A stretch of DNA of 64,000 nucleotides from Promethearchaeota archaeon (GTDB lineage: Archaea; Asgardarchaeota; Lokiarchaeia; Sigyniarchaeales; SOKP01). A model generated the notes under the pieces. It did not search any database, was not told the DNA's origin, and was given only the letters and a program-made list of their open reading frames with translations. A program made the translations under genes and the position numbers. The stretch's first letter is position 1, and every line of letters begins with the position of its first letter. The stretch is from the NCBI GenBank assembly GCA_019057795.1, contig JAHLWS010000069.1:32001-96000 (forward strand), given 5' to 3'. This document shows positions 40,316 through 50,207 of this stretch, one piece after another.

Positions 40316-42127
40316 ATGGTCACAGAAACAAATAATTCTAATTTGGGTTTTATATCTGCCGTCAATGGATCATTAGTGGAGGTTAAAGGATTAGAAAATC
40401 AGGTTCGGCTTCACGATTTAATTAAGATTAGTAAATATAACATTATTTGTCAGGTAATTCAAATCTACGCGAATCGAGTAATAGCCCAATCTTTTGAAAG
40501 TACTAATAGTATAAAGTTACACGATAAAGTAATTAATCTCAACGAACCTTTATCCATGGAGTTAGCACCAGGATTGTTAGCAAATGTTTTTGATGGAATT
40601 CAGAGACCTTTAGATCTTACTTTCAGCCAGTTTAAAGAAGGAAGATTAGGAAGAGGCCTTGAATTTCCCTCTTTATCAAGAACAAAAAAATGGCATTTTA
40701 TTCCATCAAGCAAAATAAATGATTCTTTAAGTAGTGGAGATGAAATTGGTACCGTTCAAGAAACATCCTTTTTTGAACATAAAATAATGATTCCTCCTGA
40801 AAATTCTGGTATTTTATCGTTTATTGTTGACGAAGGTGATTATACAATCATCGAAGAGATATATACCTTGAAAAAGCAGAATGTAGAAAAATCTTTTTGT
40901 ATGTTACAAAAATGGCCAGTCACTATGAGCAAACCTTATAGCTCAAAAGAGCAACCTAGCGAACCTTTACTAACTGGCTTGCGTATTGTAGATTTATTGT
41001 TCCCCATAGCTAAAGGTGGTACTTTTGCGGTTCCAGGAGGGTTTGGAACTGGTAAAACAATTATTTCACAACATATAGCTAAATTTTGTAACGCAGAAAT
41101 TTGCGTTTTTATAGGATGTGGAGAGCCTGGCAATGAAATTGCAAATTTTCTAAAACAATTCACGGAAACTATCGATCCCAAAACGGGAAGACCTTTAATA
41201 GAACATATTGTTCTTATTGCTAATACTTCAAATATGCCCGTATCTGCTCGCGAAGCAAGCCTTTTTTCAGGAATTACAATAGCAGAATATTATAGAGATA
41301 TGGGTTACGATGTTGCCGTTGTAGCAGATAGTATTTCGAGATGGGCAGAATCATTAAGGGAGATCTCAGGGTTATTAGAGGAAATGCCTGCTGAAGAGGG
41401 TTATCCTGCGTATTTGCCATCGAAACTATCAAGTTTCTTTGAACGAGCCGGTGTTATTACAACTTTAGGGAAAAAAAAAGGATCAATTACAATCATAGGA
41501 TCGTTATCTCCACCAGCTGGTGATTTTAGCGAACCGGTTACCGCAGCTACTAAACGTGTTGTTCAGGGGATTTGGGCTTTAGACCCTAAATTAGCATATC
41601 TAAAACATTATCCTGCAATTAGTTGGATCAGTTCATATTCCAATTATCCTGAGTATGTAGCAGAATGGTGGAGCGAGAGAGACATTGTTTGGCCTGAGAT
41701 AAATTTAAACTGGTTTGAGTGTAGAAAACAAGTAAATGAGATTTTAGCAAAAGAAAACGAGTTGAAATATCTTACCCAGCTACTAGGGCTAAAGAATTTA
41801 GCTGAAGATCAAAGGTTAGAAATTTTTACGGCAAATCTAATAAGAAATGCTTTTTTAGTTCAAAACGCTTTCAACGAAGTAGATAGTTATACGAGTAGTA
41901 GAAAATTGCTAGGGTTAGTAAAAGTAACACTTTTATTATATAATAAAACTAAATCACTCGTAAAGCGAGGCTTTCTAATTGATGAGAAGAGGTGTGATGA
42001 AATTCTCAATGAGATTATGAAAATTAGCCATTATGCTCCTAATGAAAATTTTGAACAAATTGAAGAGCTAAGGGATAAAATTAATAATGAATCTTTAGGT
42101 TTAGTTTTTAAAGTTCATCGAAGATAG
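40316..42127 (+). CDS. atpA: Second A/V-type ATPase subunit A paralogue with an altered catalytic motif
   Basis: Full-length similarity to 33548..35389. The P-loop is intact, but it has GCGEPGNE in place of GCGERGNE. Confidence 0.92.
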   Translation: MVTETNNSNLGFISAVNGSLVEVKGLENQVRLHDLIKISKYNIICQVIQIYANRVIAQSFESTNSIKLHDKVINLNEPLSMELAPGLLANVFDGIQRPLDLTFSQFKEGRLGRGLEFPSLSRTKKWHFIPSSKINDSLSSGDEIGTVQETSFFEHKIMIPPENSGILSFIVDEGDYTIIEEIYTLKKQNVEKSFCMLQKWPVTMSKPYSSKEQPSEPLLTGLRIVDLLFPIAKGGTFAVPGGFGTGKTIISQHIAKFCNAEICVFIGCGEPGNEIANFLKQFTETIDPKTGRPLIEHIVLIANTSNMPVSAREASLFSGITIAEYYRDMGYDVAVVADSISRWAESLREISGLLEEMPAEEGYPAYLPSKLSSFFERAGVITTLGKKKGSITIIGSLSPPAGDFSEPVTAATKRVVQGIWALDPKLAYLKHYPAISWISSYSNYPEYVAEWWSERDIVWPEINLNWFECRKQVNEILAKENELKYLTQLLGLKNLAEDQRLEIFTANLIRNAFLVQNAFNEVDSYTSSRKLLGLVKVTLLLYNKTKSLVKRGFLIDEKRCDEILNEIMKISHYAPNENFEQIEELRDKINNESLGLVFKVHRR

Positions 42128-42163
42128 AAAACCTATTATCTATTTTTAAGGTTTGTCTGCGTC

Positions 42164-42766
42164 TCATGGTTTGAACCATTCAAAGAAGTAATAACTCATT
42201 GTTAATGGATTGGCGATTACAAATTTCTTCCTTACAGAGGTTGCCAACCTTCCAGCTCGAACCATATCAATCGCAGTTATTTTTGCATCATGAGGTAATA
42301 CATGAGCAATAAACGCTGAATGCTCTAACCCTGGTCCTTTCTTATACACTACAAAATCAGCGCCAAATTTTAGCCCCGGACGAGGAATGTATCCCTTTTT
42401 CCTTAAATCTTGGTAAATAATATATTTTTCTTCAAATTTATGATGTATTTTTTTTCCTATTTCGTGAAATTCTTTGGTAGAAAGGTATTTATCGCTCTTC
42501 GCGTCAAATATAGTAATTTTTTCTTTTTCTAACAAGAAAAGTGCTTCAATTAGGGATAATTCCGATGGTTTAGAGAAATATTCTAAACGTGGTTTACTAA
42601 TCCCGAGAGGAGCCCCAAAAAACTTTTGTTTAACATATAAATAGGAAGCATGCAGTGGATTAAACACAATTACGCGATTATTAATAAATTTAGTTGGAAT
42701 CTTTTTAGGGATGTCGTCGTCGTTTAAATCCTCCAGCGAAATGGGAGTCTCTTTTTCTTTACTCAT
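42164..42766 (-). CDS. endA: tRNA-splicing endonuclease
   Basis: LSLIEALFL, YQDLRKKGY, GLKFGADFVVY (Tyr), GPGLEHS (His) and RLATSVRKK (Lys). Confidence 0.93.
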   Translation of the reverse strand: MSKEKETPISLEDLNDDDIPKKIPTKFINNRVIVFNPLHASYLYVKQKFFGAPLGISKPRLEYFSKPSELSLIEALFLLEKEKITIFDAKSDKYLSTKEFHEIGKKIHHKFEEKYIIYQDLRKKGYIPRPGLKFGADFVVYKKGPGLEHSAFIAHVLPHDAKITAIDMVRAGRLATSVRKKFVIANPLTMSYYFFEWFKP

Positions 42767-42891
42767 CTAATTAGATGTATAACGGATAATTTAATAATTC
42801 TTCCAATTTAACTAGCAATAGATAAAATTATATAAATTTTTAATACAATTGTTTTAATAGAATAATTTAAATCATTCACTCAAAATTAAAT

Positions 42892-43815
42892 TTGGTATTA
42901 AGAGAATCTTCTGCCGCGGGAATTTATTATCCACGATCCAAATCGGATTTAATTAAAATGTTGGATGAATCCTTTTTAGATAAAGAATTTGGCCCAAATG
43001 AAAAATTCGACTCTTTAAACGAAAAAACAAGAACAGTATTTGGTGGAATATCTCCACACGGGGGTTACGTTTATTCTGGTAGCTGTGCGGCGCATATGTA
43101 TTTACATTTGTTTAAGGAAAAAATCCCGGATACAGTTGTAATATTAGCCACTGAAGATTTAGGATATAACAACATTGCTTTATTAGAAGTAGGTGAATGG
43201 GAAACTCCTTTAGGTAACTTAGAGGTTGATAGCGATTTGTCTCAAAAATTGCTAAAAACGAGTAGCATGGTTAAAGGAGATGATTCTGCATTTGTTGGAT
43301 TTCCCTTTGGAAGAGAATACTACATTGATGTACAATTGCCGTTTATTAAATATTGTGCGTTAAAGAGAGAGATAAAAATCTTGCCAATTATTATTTCTAT
43401 AATGGATTATGATAAATTAGATAAATTATCTGAAAATATCGCGAGAGCAGTCCAATCCTTAAACAAAGATATAGTATTTATAGGTTCTACAGATATGAGT
43501 CATATTATTTGTAAAGATGAATTTACTGCTGAACTTAAAGTGCAAGAAATGCTCTTAGCAGATAAAACTGTAATCAAATCGTTTACAGAATTTAATCCAA
43601 AGAAGATTTTTTTTGATGCGTCAAAATCTTCTATAAAAGGGCCACAAATTCTTACCACATTAATGCTAATATGTAAAAGGATGGGTGCTAACGAATGTAG
43701 AGCTCTAAGTTATTACACTAGTTATGACAAAGGTGGAGGAGCTGGTCCATGTAAATATAATGTAGGATATTTTTCGGGGATTATTATAAAAGATTTAATA
43801 GAAAAAGAACAATAA
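42892..43815 (+). CDS. MEMO1 / AmmeMemoRadiSam protein B paralogue, degenerate metal site
   Basis: AGIYYP, SPHGGYVYSG, WETPLG, VQLPF, TDMSH and VGYFSG are present, but several conserved His/Cys residues are missing. Confidence 0.85.
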   Translation: MVLRESSAAGIYYPRSKSDLIKMLDESFLDKEFGPNEKFDSLNEKTRTVFGGISPHGGYVYSGSCAAHMYLHLFKEKIPDTVVILATEDLGYNNIALLEVGEWETPLGNLEVDSDLSQKLLKTSSMVKGDDSAFVGFPFGREYYIDVQLPFIKYCALKREIKILPIIISIMDYDKLDKLSENIARAVQSLNKDIVFIGSTDMSHIICKDEFTAELKVQEMLLADKTVIKSFTEFNPKKIFFDASKSSIKGPQILTTLMLICKRMGANECRALSYYTSYDKGGGAGPCKYNVGYFSGIIIKDLIEKEQ

Positions 43816-43829
43816 TTATTTAGAAGAAG

Positions 43830-44720
43830 GTGACAAAATTGGTTATAAGAAAAGCATCACATGCGGGAAGTTGGTACCCTGGCAAAAAAGAAGATTTAAT
43901 AAAAAACCTTGATTATTTGTTTTCTGATAAAGAGTTTGGGCCAGGTAAATTACCTGAGACGCTAAACCAAGATAGTAGGACTATAATTGGAGGTGTATCT
44001 CCTCATGCGGGATATACCTTTTCTGGAAGATGTGCCGCCTTTACGTATTTGAACTTATTTAAAGAAAAAATCCCGGATACAGTTATCGTATTAGGGACTG
44101 ATCATGTTGGCTATGGAAAGGTGGCTCTATTAGGAGATGGCGCTTGGGAAACGCCTTTAGGAAACTTACTAATTGACGATGAATTATCTAAAAAGATTTT
44201 AGATACAAGTGAAATTATTGTTGAAGATCGTTCTGCCTTCACTGGCTTCATGGAACAAGAACACAATATTGAAATACAATTACCTTTCATTAAATATTGC
44301 GCTAAAGATAAAGATGTAAAAATAGTAACGCTAAAAATTGGAATTAGAAGGGATTATAACATATTTGAGAAAATAGCTTCTGATATATCTGCAGCAATTA
44401 AGGCGTTAAATAAAGATATTGTTATTGTAGCATCGTCTGATATGTCACATAAAGAGGTTTTTGATACAAATCAATTAAGTGAGTTTAAGAAATTTGATCA
44501 AGATGTTATTGATGCTTTTATAGAATTAAATCCTAATAAAACTCTTTCAGCTGCTTCAAAAACAACCGTATGCGGAGCCCAAACAATAACGACTTTAATG
44601 TTAATTTGTGAAAAATTAAACGCAACTAAAGGTGAGTTGTTAAAATATTATACTAGTAGCGATATTAGGGGAGGATATGGATATTGTGTTGGATATTTTT
44701 CGGGAATTATAGTAAAATAA
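43830..44720 (+). CDS. MEMO1 / AmmeMemoRadiSam protein B
   Basis: HAGSWYP, SPHAGYTFSG, GTDH, EHNIEIQLPF, SSDMSH, TVCG and VGY. Confidence 0.92.
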   Translation: MTKLVIRKASHAGSWYPGKKEDLIKNLDYLFSDKEFGPGKLPETLNQDSRTIIGGVSPHAGYTFSGRCAAFTYLNLFKEKIPDTVIVLGTDHVGYGKVALLGDGAWETPLGNLLIDDELSKKILDTSEIIVEDRSAFTGFMEQEHNIEIQLPFIKYCAKDKDVKIVTLKIGIRRDYNIFEKIASDISAAIKALNKDIVIVASSDMSHKEVFDTNQLSEFKKFDQDVIDAFIELNPNKTLSAASKTTVCGAQTITTLMLICEKLNATKGELLKYYTSSDIRGGYGYCVGYFSGIIVK

Positions 44721-44756
44721 TATAAAAATAAAAAAACTAAAATTAAAGAAAAAATT

Positions 44757-45869
44757 TTGAGAAATATGTCAGAGGAAAACGAGGAGAAAGTTGAAGACTT
44801 CATCTCTCTTTGGAAAAAAAAAATCACAACAGAAAATAAATCTTCTGTACTTGGTGAGGCACTAAAAAAAATTGAATCATTACAAAAAGAAAACGAAGAT
44901 TTAAGAAAAAAAATTGCTACTGATATTAATTTGATAACCCGGTCTGAGGAAATCCTTAAAAATATTGTTGCTGAAAAAGAAAAATTAAAAGTAGAGAAAG
45001 AAGAGGCAGTAATTGAAATAAACATAAAAGTTAACGAATTAGGAGTCGAAAATTCAGAGCTTAGTAGTAAAGTAAAAAGTATGATAAAACTATTGTTAGA
45101 AAAGGACGAAGAAATTAAAGCTAAAGATAGTTTAATATCTGATCTGCAAAAAACGAGAATTTCTACTTCAGGATCCACAACTCCAGTAAATAATGCGTTG
45201 GTTGAGGAGCTGCAATCTGATTTAAATAAAAGAAAATCTAATGTAACAAATCTAGAGTCAAAAATTTCATTATTATCGGAAGAGATTAACTCACTAAATA
45301 AGCAATTAGTTGAAAAAATGAAAAACGAGCCTGTAGATTATGTACTTCAAGTAGAACCTCCTAAACCTCCAGAACCTCCCGTTATCAAACCGCTCCATCC
45401 TGAACCGTCGTTAATGCCGCTTGAAGCGTTATGTAAAGATCTGCAATTGGATTTAACCAAATATAAACGAGTGATTGATAAATTAACCAAAGAGAAATCG
45501 CAACTTAAGAATGCTTTAGAAGAAAAAGGATTCCAATTTAGCTCTCAAGATTTGGAATCATTGAAAGAAGAAAATGAATCCCTTAAAAAAGATCTTGAAG
45601 AAATACAAAGTTCTCTTGAGGTTAAGAAAATAGAAGCAACGCAGATTGCTACCCAAAACATCGAACAAAAAATCCAAAACCTTGAAAGTAAAATACGAGA
45701 AAAGGAAGATGTAATAGCAGACTTAAAATTATCACAGATAACCCCAACTACGGTTTCTGCGGGCTCAATGCCAGAATTAGTCGAAAATCTACAGAAAAAT
45801 ATAAACAAATTAAAATCAATTATTGCTGAGAAAGACAAAAAGATTTCAGAATTAAGTAAACAAGTTTAG
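44757..45869 (+). CDS. Long coiled-coil protein with a central proline-rich hinge
   Basis: Heptad-rich E/K/L composition throughout, with a central EPPKPPEPPVIKPLHPEP. Likely start is ATG 44766. Confidence 0.8.
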   Translation: MRNMSEENEEKVEDFISLWKKKITTENKSSVLGEALKKIESLQKENEDLRKKIATDINLITRSEEILKNIVAEKEKLKVEKEEAVIEINIKVNELGVENSELSSKVKSMIKLLLEKDEEIKAKDSLISDLQKTRISTSGSTTPVNNALVEELQSDLNKRKSNVTNLESKISLLSEEINSLNKQLVEKMKNEPVDYVLQVEPPKPPEPPVIKPLHPEPSLMPLEALCKDLQLDLTKYKRVIDKLTKEKSQLKNALEEKGFQFSSQDLESLKEENESLKKDLEEIQSSLEVKKIEATQIATQNIEQKIQNLESKIREKEDVIADLKLSQITPTTVSAGSMPELVENLQKNINKLKSIIAEKDKKISELSKQV

Positions 45870-46000
45870 CAAATGTAGTTAATTGATTTTTTGCAAATTT
45901 ATTAAGTCTTGTCTCATTTTTAAGAATGAAGTTCTTTCTTAAATAGATTTTATTTTAAACCATAACCAAAAGTTTCAAATATTATAATTAAGTAAGTTCT

Positions 46001-47011
46001 TTGTGCGATAAGAAATTAAATGTAGAAAAGATGGCTATTCATATGAAAAATTCGTTATCATTTTTATTCATTGGACACATAGCTATCGACAGTATTATTC
46101 GATTTAAACAAAAACGAAAACCATCTTTAGGTGGAAGCGTTACTTTTGGCTCGTTAGGGCTTAGAAAGTATACAAAGTCAACGAAGATTGGTATTATCTC
46201 AAATTTAGGAACTTTAAATTTTGATAAATCGTTGTTAAAACATTTTGATAACAAGTCAATAGATATTAGCGGTGTAAAATCGTTTGAGACCGAGAATACT
46301 AATTTTGTATTAGATTATTCAAATCATTCAAGAACACTAACCCTCAAATCTCGAAGTCCTAATCTAAGATTCGAAGATATACCTGAATTTTATAAAACAA
46401 ACCTTCCGAATATTATCGTGTTAGTTCCTTTGTGTAATGAAGTTTCTTATGAATATGTATCAAAAATATTAGTAGAATTTCCAAATGCTTTTATTGGAAT
46501 TGATTTGCAAGGATTTATTAGAAATATTGATGACGATGGGAAAATATCTTACATCTCAGATGAAGTAATTATTGCTAACATGAAAAAAATAATTAGCTTA
46601 ATAGGTGATCGATTAATTCTAAAAGGGTCTGAAATTGAAATGAAATTATTATCTGGTGAATCAGACCTACAAAAAGTAATGGAATCCTTTAAGAGATTTG
46701 AAAATAAAGCTATATTTATCATGACACTGGGAGAAGGAGGATCAATGATATTAAAGAATGGAGAACAACTATTAAAAATCCCGGCTTTTAAACCAAAAAC
46801 GGTTGTAGATGAAACTGGAGCAGGCGATGTATATCTAGCAATTTTTATATATGAACTAATCAATTCTGATAAGTCATGGAAAGCGGTTGAAAGTGCAGGA
46901 TACATCGCATCAGCGGCAGCATCTTTTTTGATTGAAAAGAAAGGCCCAACGGGAGTCGAAACGAAAAATAAAGTTTTAAAAAGGTTAGAAAATAAAAATT
47001 ATATCAACTAA
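46001..47011 (+). CDS. PfkB/ribokinase-family carbohydrate kinase
   Basis: GHIAID, GGS, DLQG, TLGEGG and DETGAGD. Confidence 0.9.
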   Translation: MCDKKLNVEKMAIHMKNSLSFLFIGHIAIDSIIRFKQKRKPSLGGSVTFGSLGLRKYTKSTKIGIISNLGTLNFDKSLLKHFDNKSIDISGVKSFETENTNFVLDYSNHSRTLTLKSRSPNLRFEDIPEFYKTNLPNIIVLVPLCNEVSYEYVSKILVEFPNAFIGIDLQGFIRNIDDDGKISYISDEVIIANMKKIISLIGDRLILKGSEIEMKLLSGESDLQKVMESFKRFENKAIFIMTLGEGGSMILKNGEQLLKIPAFKPKTVVDETGAGDVYLAIFIYELINSDKSWKAVESAGYIASAAASFLIEKKGPTGVETKNKVLKRLENKNYIN

Positions 47012-47031
47012 TTCACTTTAAGTATAATAAC

Positions 47032-47625
47032 ATGCATATTAATTCACATTTTGCTGTAGGAATAATCTTTAGTTCAATATTGAATTACTTTTTCAATTTT
47101 TCTTTGTTTGAATATTTCCTCATCGTTTTACTTTCTTTTATCTGTGATTTCGACGTTTTATTTTCTCAATTTGCTAAAAATCATAATCACAGAATGCTTA
47201 TTTCACATTCAATAATACCTAGTTTCTTTATCATCGTAATTGGAGTAATTACTAATTGGCCCGCATTGTTCTTCAGTGGTATCGCATATTCTACGCATAT
47301 CGTTATAGATACTTTTGATTGGGGTACAAATTTTTTCTACTTTCAAAAAAAACAAGTTGGATTAAAACTATTAATATCAAAAGAAGAATTTAACAATCTT
47401 CCTAAATACTTGGCTAAATATAAAAAACCCGAATCCTTTTTTGATGAAAAATATTATAGTAGTAAGATTTGTTTAGGAATTGAAGTTATTTTATTTGTAC
47501 TTATGGTAATATTTATGATTATTTTTGCGTTTCAATATATTTTTCTTATATTCATTTATTTTATTTTTTTATGTTTCCATTTGTATAGACACTTTCGATT
47601 AACAAGAACTGAATCTTCAGATTAA
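47032..47625 (+). CDS. Membrane-bound metal-dependent hydrolase-like protein (YdjM-like)
   Basis: MHxxSH, DFD, HRMLISHS and HIVIDTF motifs between TM helices. Confidence 0.7.
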   Translation: MHINSHFAVGIIFSSILNYFFNFSLFEYFLIVLLSFICDFDVLFSQFAKNHNHRMLISHSIIPSFFIIVIGVITNWPALFFSGIAYSTHIVIDTFDWGTNFFYFQKKQVGLKLLISKEEFNNLPKYLAKYKKPESFFDEKYYSSKICLGIEVILFVLMVIFMIIFAFQYIFLIFIYFIFLCFHLYRHFRLTRTESSD

Positions 47626-47771
47626 TTTTAGTCAGAATATAATCGATTCCTACACCTTATAAATTAAATGAAAAAAATTTAAGAGTTAAATGTTAGTTTT
47701 AAATTATATCCCACAAAGTGGATGCAAATTAAACTAACAACCTAAAAAATTTAATAAAAATGTGATCTTAT

Positions 47772-48209
47772 ATGTCTGAAGGAATGAAAACCAAAGTTGG
47801 ATTGTCTTTAGAACAAGAAATGATATTCTCGTGCGACCTTGGGGATATGAAAGTAAAAGATTGCTATGTGGACGATACAAATAAGGATGAGGTTGACATG
47901 CTTGGCCCTAATCCTACAAGAATGTTAGGATTAGCCTTATTAGGATGTTTGAGCGCCAGTTTTATCTTTTGTTTAAAAAAAAGAAATCTTACTTTAGATG
48001 ATTTGAAAGCTGAAGCAGAACTAACAATTACTCGAAACAAAAAAGGTTTCTGGAGAGTTAAAAAGATCGATGTCAATATTGATATTAAAATTAGCGATCC
48101 TGACACTCGTAAAAGAGCAGATCAATGTAGAAAGATGTTCGAAGAATACTGTATTGTAACTCAAGCCGTTCGAGAAGGTATTGATGTTGAAGTGAACGTT
48201 AATTATTAA
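47772..48209 (+). CDS. OsmC/Ohr family protein
   Basis: GPNPTRML..ALLGCL and EEYCIVT Cys pair. Confidence 0.88.
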   Translation: MSEGMKTKVGLSLEQEMIFSCDLGDMKVKDCYVDDTNKDEVDMLGPNPTRMLGLALLGCLSASFIFCLKKRNLTLDDLKAEAELTITRNKKGFWRVKKIDVNIDIKISDPDTRKRADQCRKMFEEYCIVTQAVREGIDVEVNVNY

Positions 48210-48286
48210 TTTTATTTATTATTTCTTTATAACTTTTTAAATGCGTGTATAAATTATTTTTTTGAATAATAAATTAAGTGCATAAT

Positions 48287-49300
48287 TTAATCGGTTATAC
48301 CACCATCAGTTATTGAGAATACAGCTTCTCCTTCGGGTAAATGGGGTGCATCAACCATTTTTGCTACTCTCTGTTCTCCTTTTCCCTTTCTTAAATAAAT
48401 TCTTATCGTAGCACCGTGGGCCATAATATGTCCTCCAGTATGAGTTGTTGGGTTTCCATAAAAAACATCAGGTTTTGAAGAAACTTGGTTTGTAATCATT
48501 ATTGCCAACTCGTCAAATATTTCTGTTAACCTTAATAAATCATGTATGTGAGTGTTGAGTATTTGTTGTCGATTTGCCAAAGTGCCCCTCCCGACATATT
48601 CGCTTCGAAAGTGCCCAATTATTGAATCTACAACGATTAGTTTGATATTCTTTTCTTTAATTATCTTTGAAGCTTCTTGTGCTAGCAGGACTTGGTGATC
48701 AGAATTATAAGCTCTCCCAACAGTAATATTCCGTAAAACTTGATTATGATCTAAATCTTTTCCTTCGGCCATTTGGACTATTCTTTCAGGTCTAAAAGTT
48801 CCTTCCGAATCGATATAAAGGGCATTACCTTCAAGACCTCCTTCTTCGTAGGGTAATTGAACATTTACACAGAGTTGGTGCGCAATTTGGGTTTTTCCCG
48901 TCCTATATTCTCCATAAAACTCAGTTAAAGCACCCGGTTCAATCCCCCCTGCTAATAATTCATCTAATGTATGACTACTTGTTGTTAACCGATTCAAATG
49001 CTTTCTTTTTTCCCATATAATGTCAGCGCTTTTAAATCCCATTTTTTCAATGTCTTGAGCAGCTTTAACAATTTTTTGAGCAGTTTTTTCTCCAATTCCT
49101 GCTTTCTCCATTAATTTAGCAATTGGATAAATTGCAAGATATTTGATCGAGATAATTCCTGCGTCCTTTAACTTTTTTATCGTAACATCTCCTACTCCCG
49201 GTAAATCCTTTAGTTCGTATTTTACATCCGTTTTTATTGCGTCTTCACTGCTATTTTCTTTTAAATCAACTTTTTTTTTTGCCATGATTTTACCAATCAC
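48287..49300 (-). CDS. radA: DNA repair and recombination protein RadA
   Basis: N-terminal HhH (LPGVG), Walker A GEYRTGKT, DSEGTFRPER, VVDS, FRSEYVGRGTLANRQ and DAPHLPEGEAVF. Confidence 0.96.
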   Translation of the reverse strand: MIGKIMAKKKVDLKENSSEDAIKTDVKYELKDLPGVGDVTIKKLKDAGIISIKYLAIYPIAKLMEKAGIGEKTAQKIVKAAQDIEKMGFKSADIIWEKRKHLNRLTTSSHTLDELLAGGIEPGALTEFYGEYRTGKTQIAHQLCVNVQLPYEEGGLEGNALYIDSEGTFRPERIVQMAEGKDLDHNQVLRNITVGRAYNSDHQVLLAQEASKIIKEKNIKLIVVDSIIGHFRSEYVGRGTLANRQQILNTHIHDLLRLTEIFDELAIMITNQVSSKPDVFYGNPTTHTGGHIMAHGATIRIYLRKGKGEQRVAKMVDAPHLPEGEAVFSITDGGITD

Positions 49301-49392
49301 AAAATTAGTTTAATTTAAATTATAATGTCAATAATGTATTGTCCAATATATATAAAAATAATAACAAAAAAATAAAAAATATAAAGTTATTT

Positions 49393-50076
49393 TTATTTCT
49401 GAACTTCCTTGCCGCTCTTAGTTATTAGTAGTAGTAGAATAAATAATAGCACACTCATAAGAAATGTCAATAATGCCATCGCTCCCGGCAACCAAACGAA
49501 GCTTAAATAGAGAAAAGGGGGGATAAATAAACCAATAACGATAATAAATACCGGTAAGGGCACGTCCTCACCCTTTAGATCTACGAGTAATGGAACAATT
49601 ACTAATCCAATCAAAATAGATATTGTAACTCTAAAAGCAATCAATATGGTGGAGTTTACCCAACTTTCAATTCCAAAAGTATCTGTGTAAGTGTCCGGTA
49701 AATAAAAAAACCAATATTCAGTAGTGTTAGTTTGCATTGCAGTAATAGAAACTGGTAAAATCGCAGTAAGAATTAATTGTATTATAATTGCTAAGACCAA
49801 GTATAAAACAATATCATTAATTTCCTTTTTCTCTTTTGTTACGCCATATAAATCTCGTAATAAACAGAAAATCCAAAGAATAAATAATACTAAATATACG
49901 CCAAGAGCATCAAATTGAAGAAACCATAAGACATTAATGGGTATTAGAGCCACGATGTACGCTAGATAACCATATCTTTCGTTCCTTTTGAATAGATCGA
50001 AAAATAAAAAAATTCCATATATTATAAAAAGTGTAGCCACAATGATTGTAGCATTTATTACTTCATATTCAGCCAC
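49393..50076 (-). CDS. Multi-pass membrane protein of unknown function
   Basis: About seven hydrophobic segments; GTG start. Confidence 0.7.
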   Translation of the reverse strand: MAEYEVINATIIVATLFIIYGIFLFFDLFKRNERYGYLAYIVALIPINVLWFLQFDALGVYLVLFILWIFCLLRDLYGVTKEKKEINDIVLYLVLAIIIQLILTAILPVSITAMQTNTTEYWFFYLPDTYTDTFGIESWVNSTILIAFRVTISILIGLVIVPLLVDLKGEDVPLPVFIIVIGLFIPPFLYLSFVWLPGAMALLTFLMSVLLFILLLLITKSGKEVQK

Positions 50077-50207
50077 TATTAAAACTTCCCTTTTAATTAA
50101 TTATTTTAATTTTATTAATAAGTATATAACAACATATTATTTTAAATATAATTCCATTAGAAAGGATTTAAGTTTTAAAATAGTTTATTTTTTCTCCTTC
50201 TGATTTA

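Noticed and set aside
47707-47725. Short imperfect palindrome ATCCCACAAAGTGGAT upstream of the osmC-like gene
   Set aside because: It is a single, bulged occurrence with no second copy noticed, so it is insufficient to call an operator.
33548-49300. Inteins in ATPase A subunits or RadA (common insertion sites)
   Set aside because: Protein lengths are normal and the motifs around the P-loops are contiguous.
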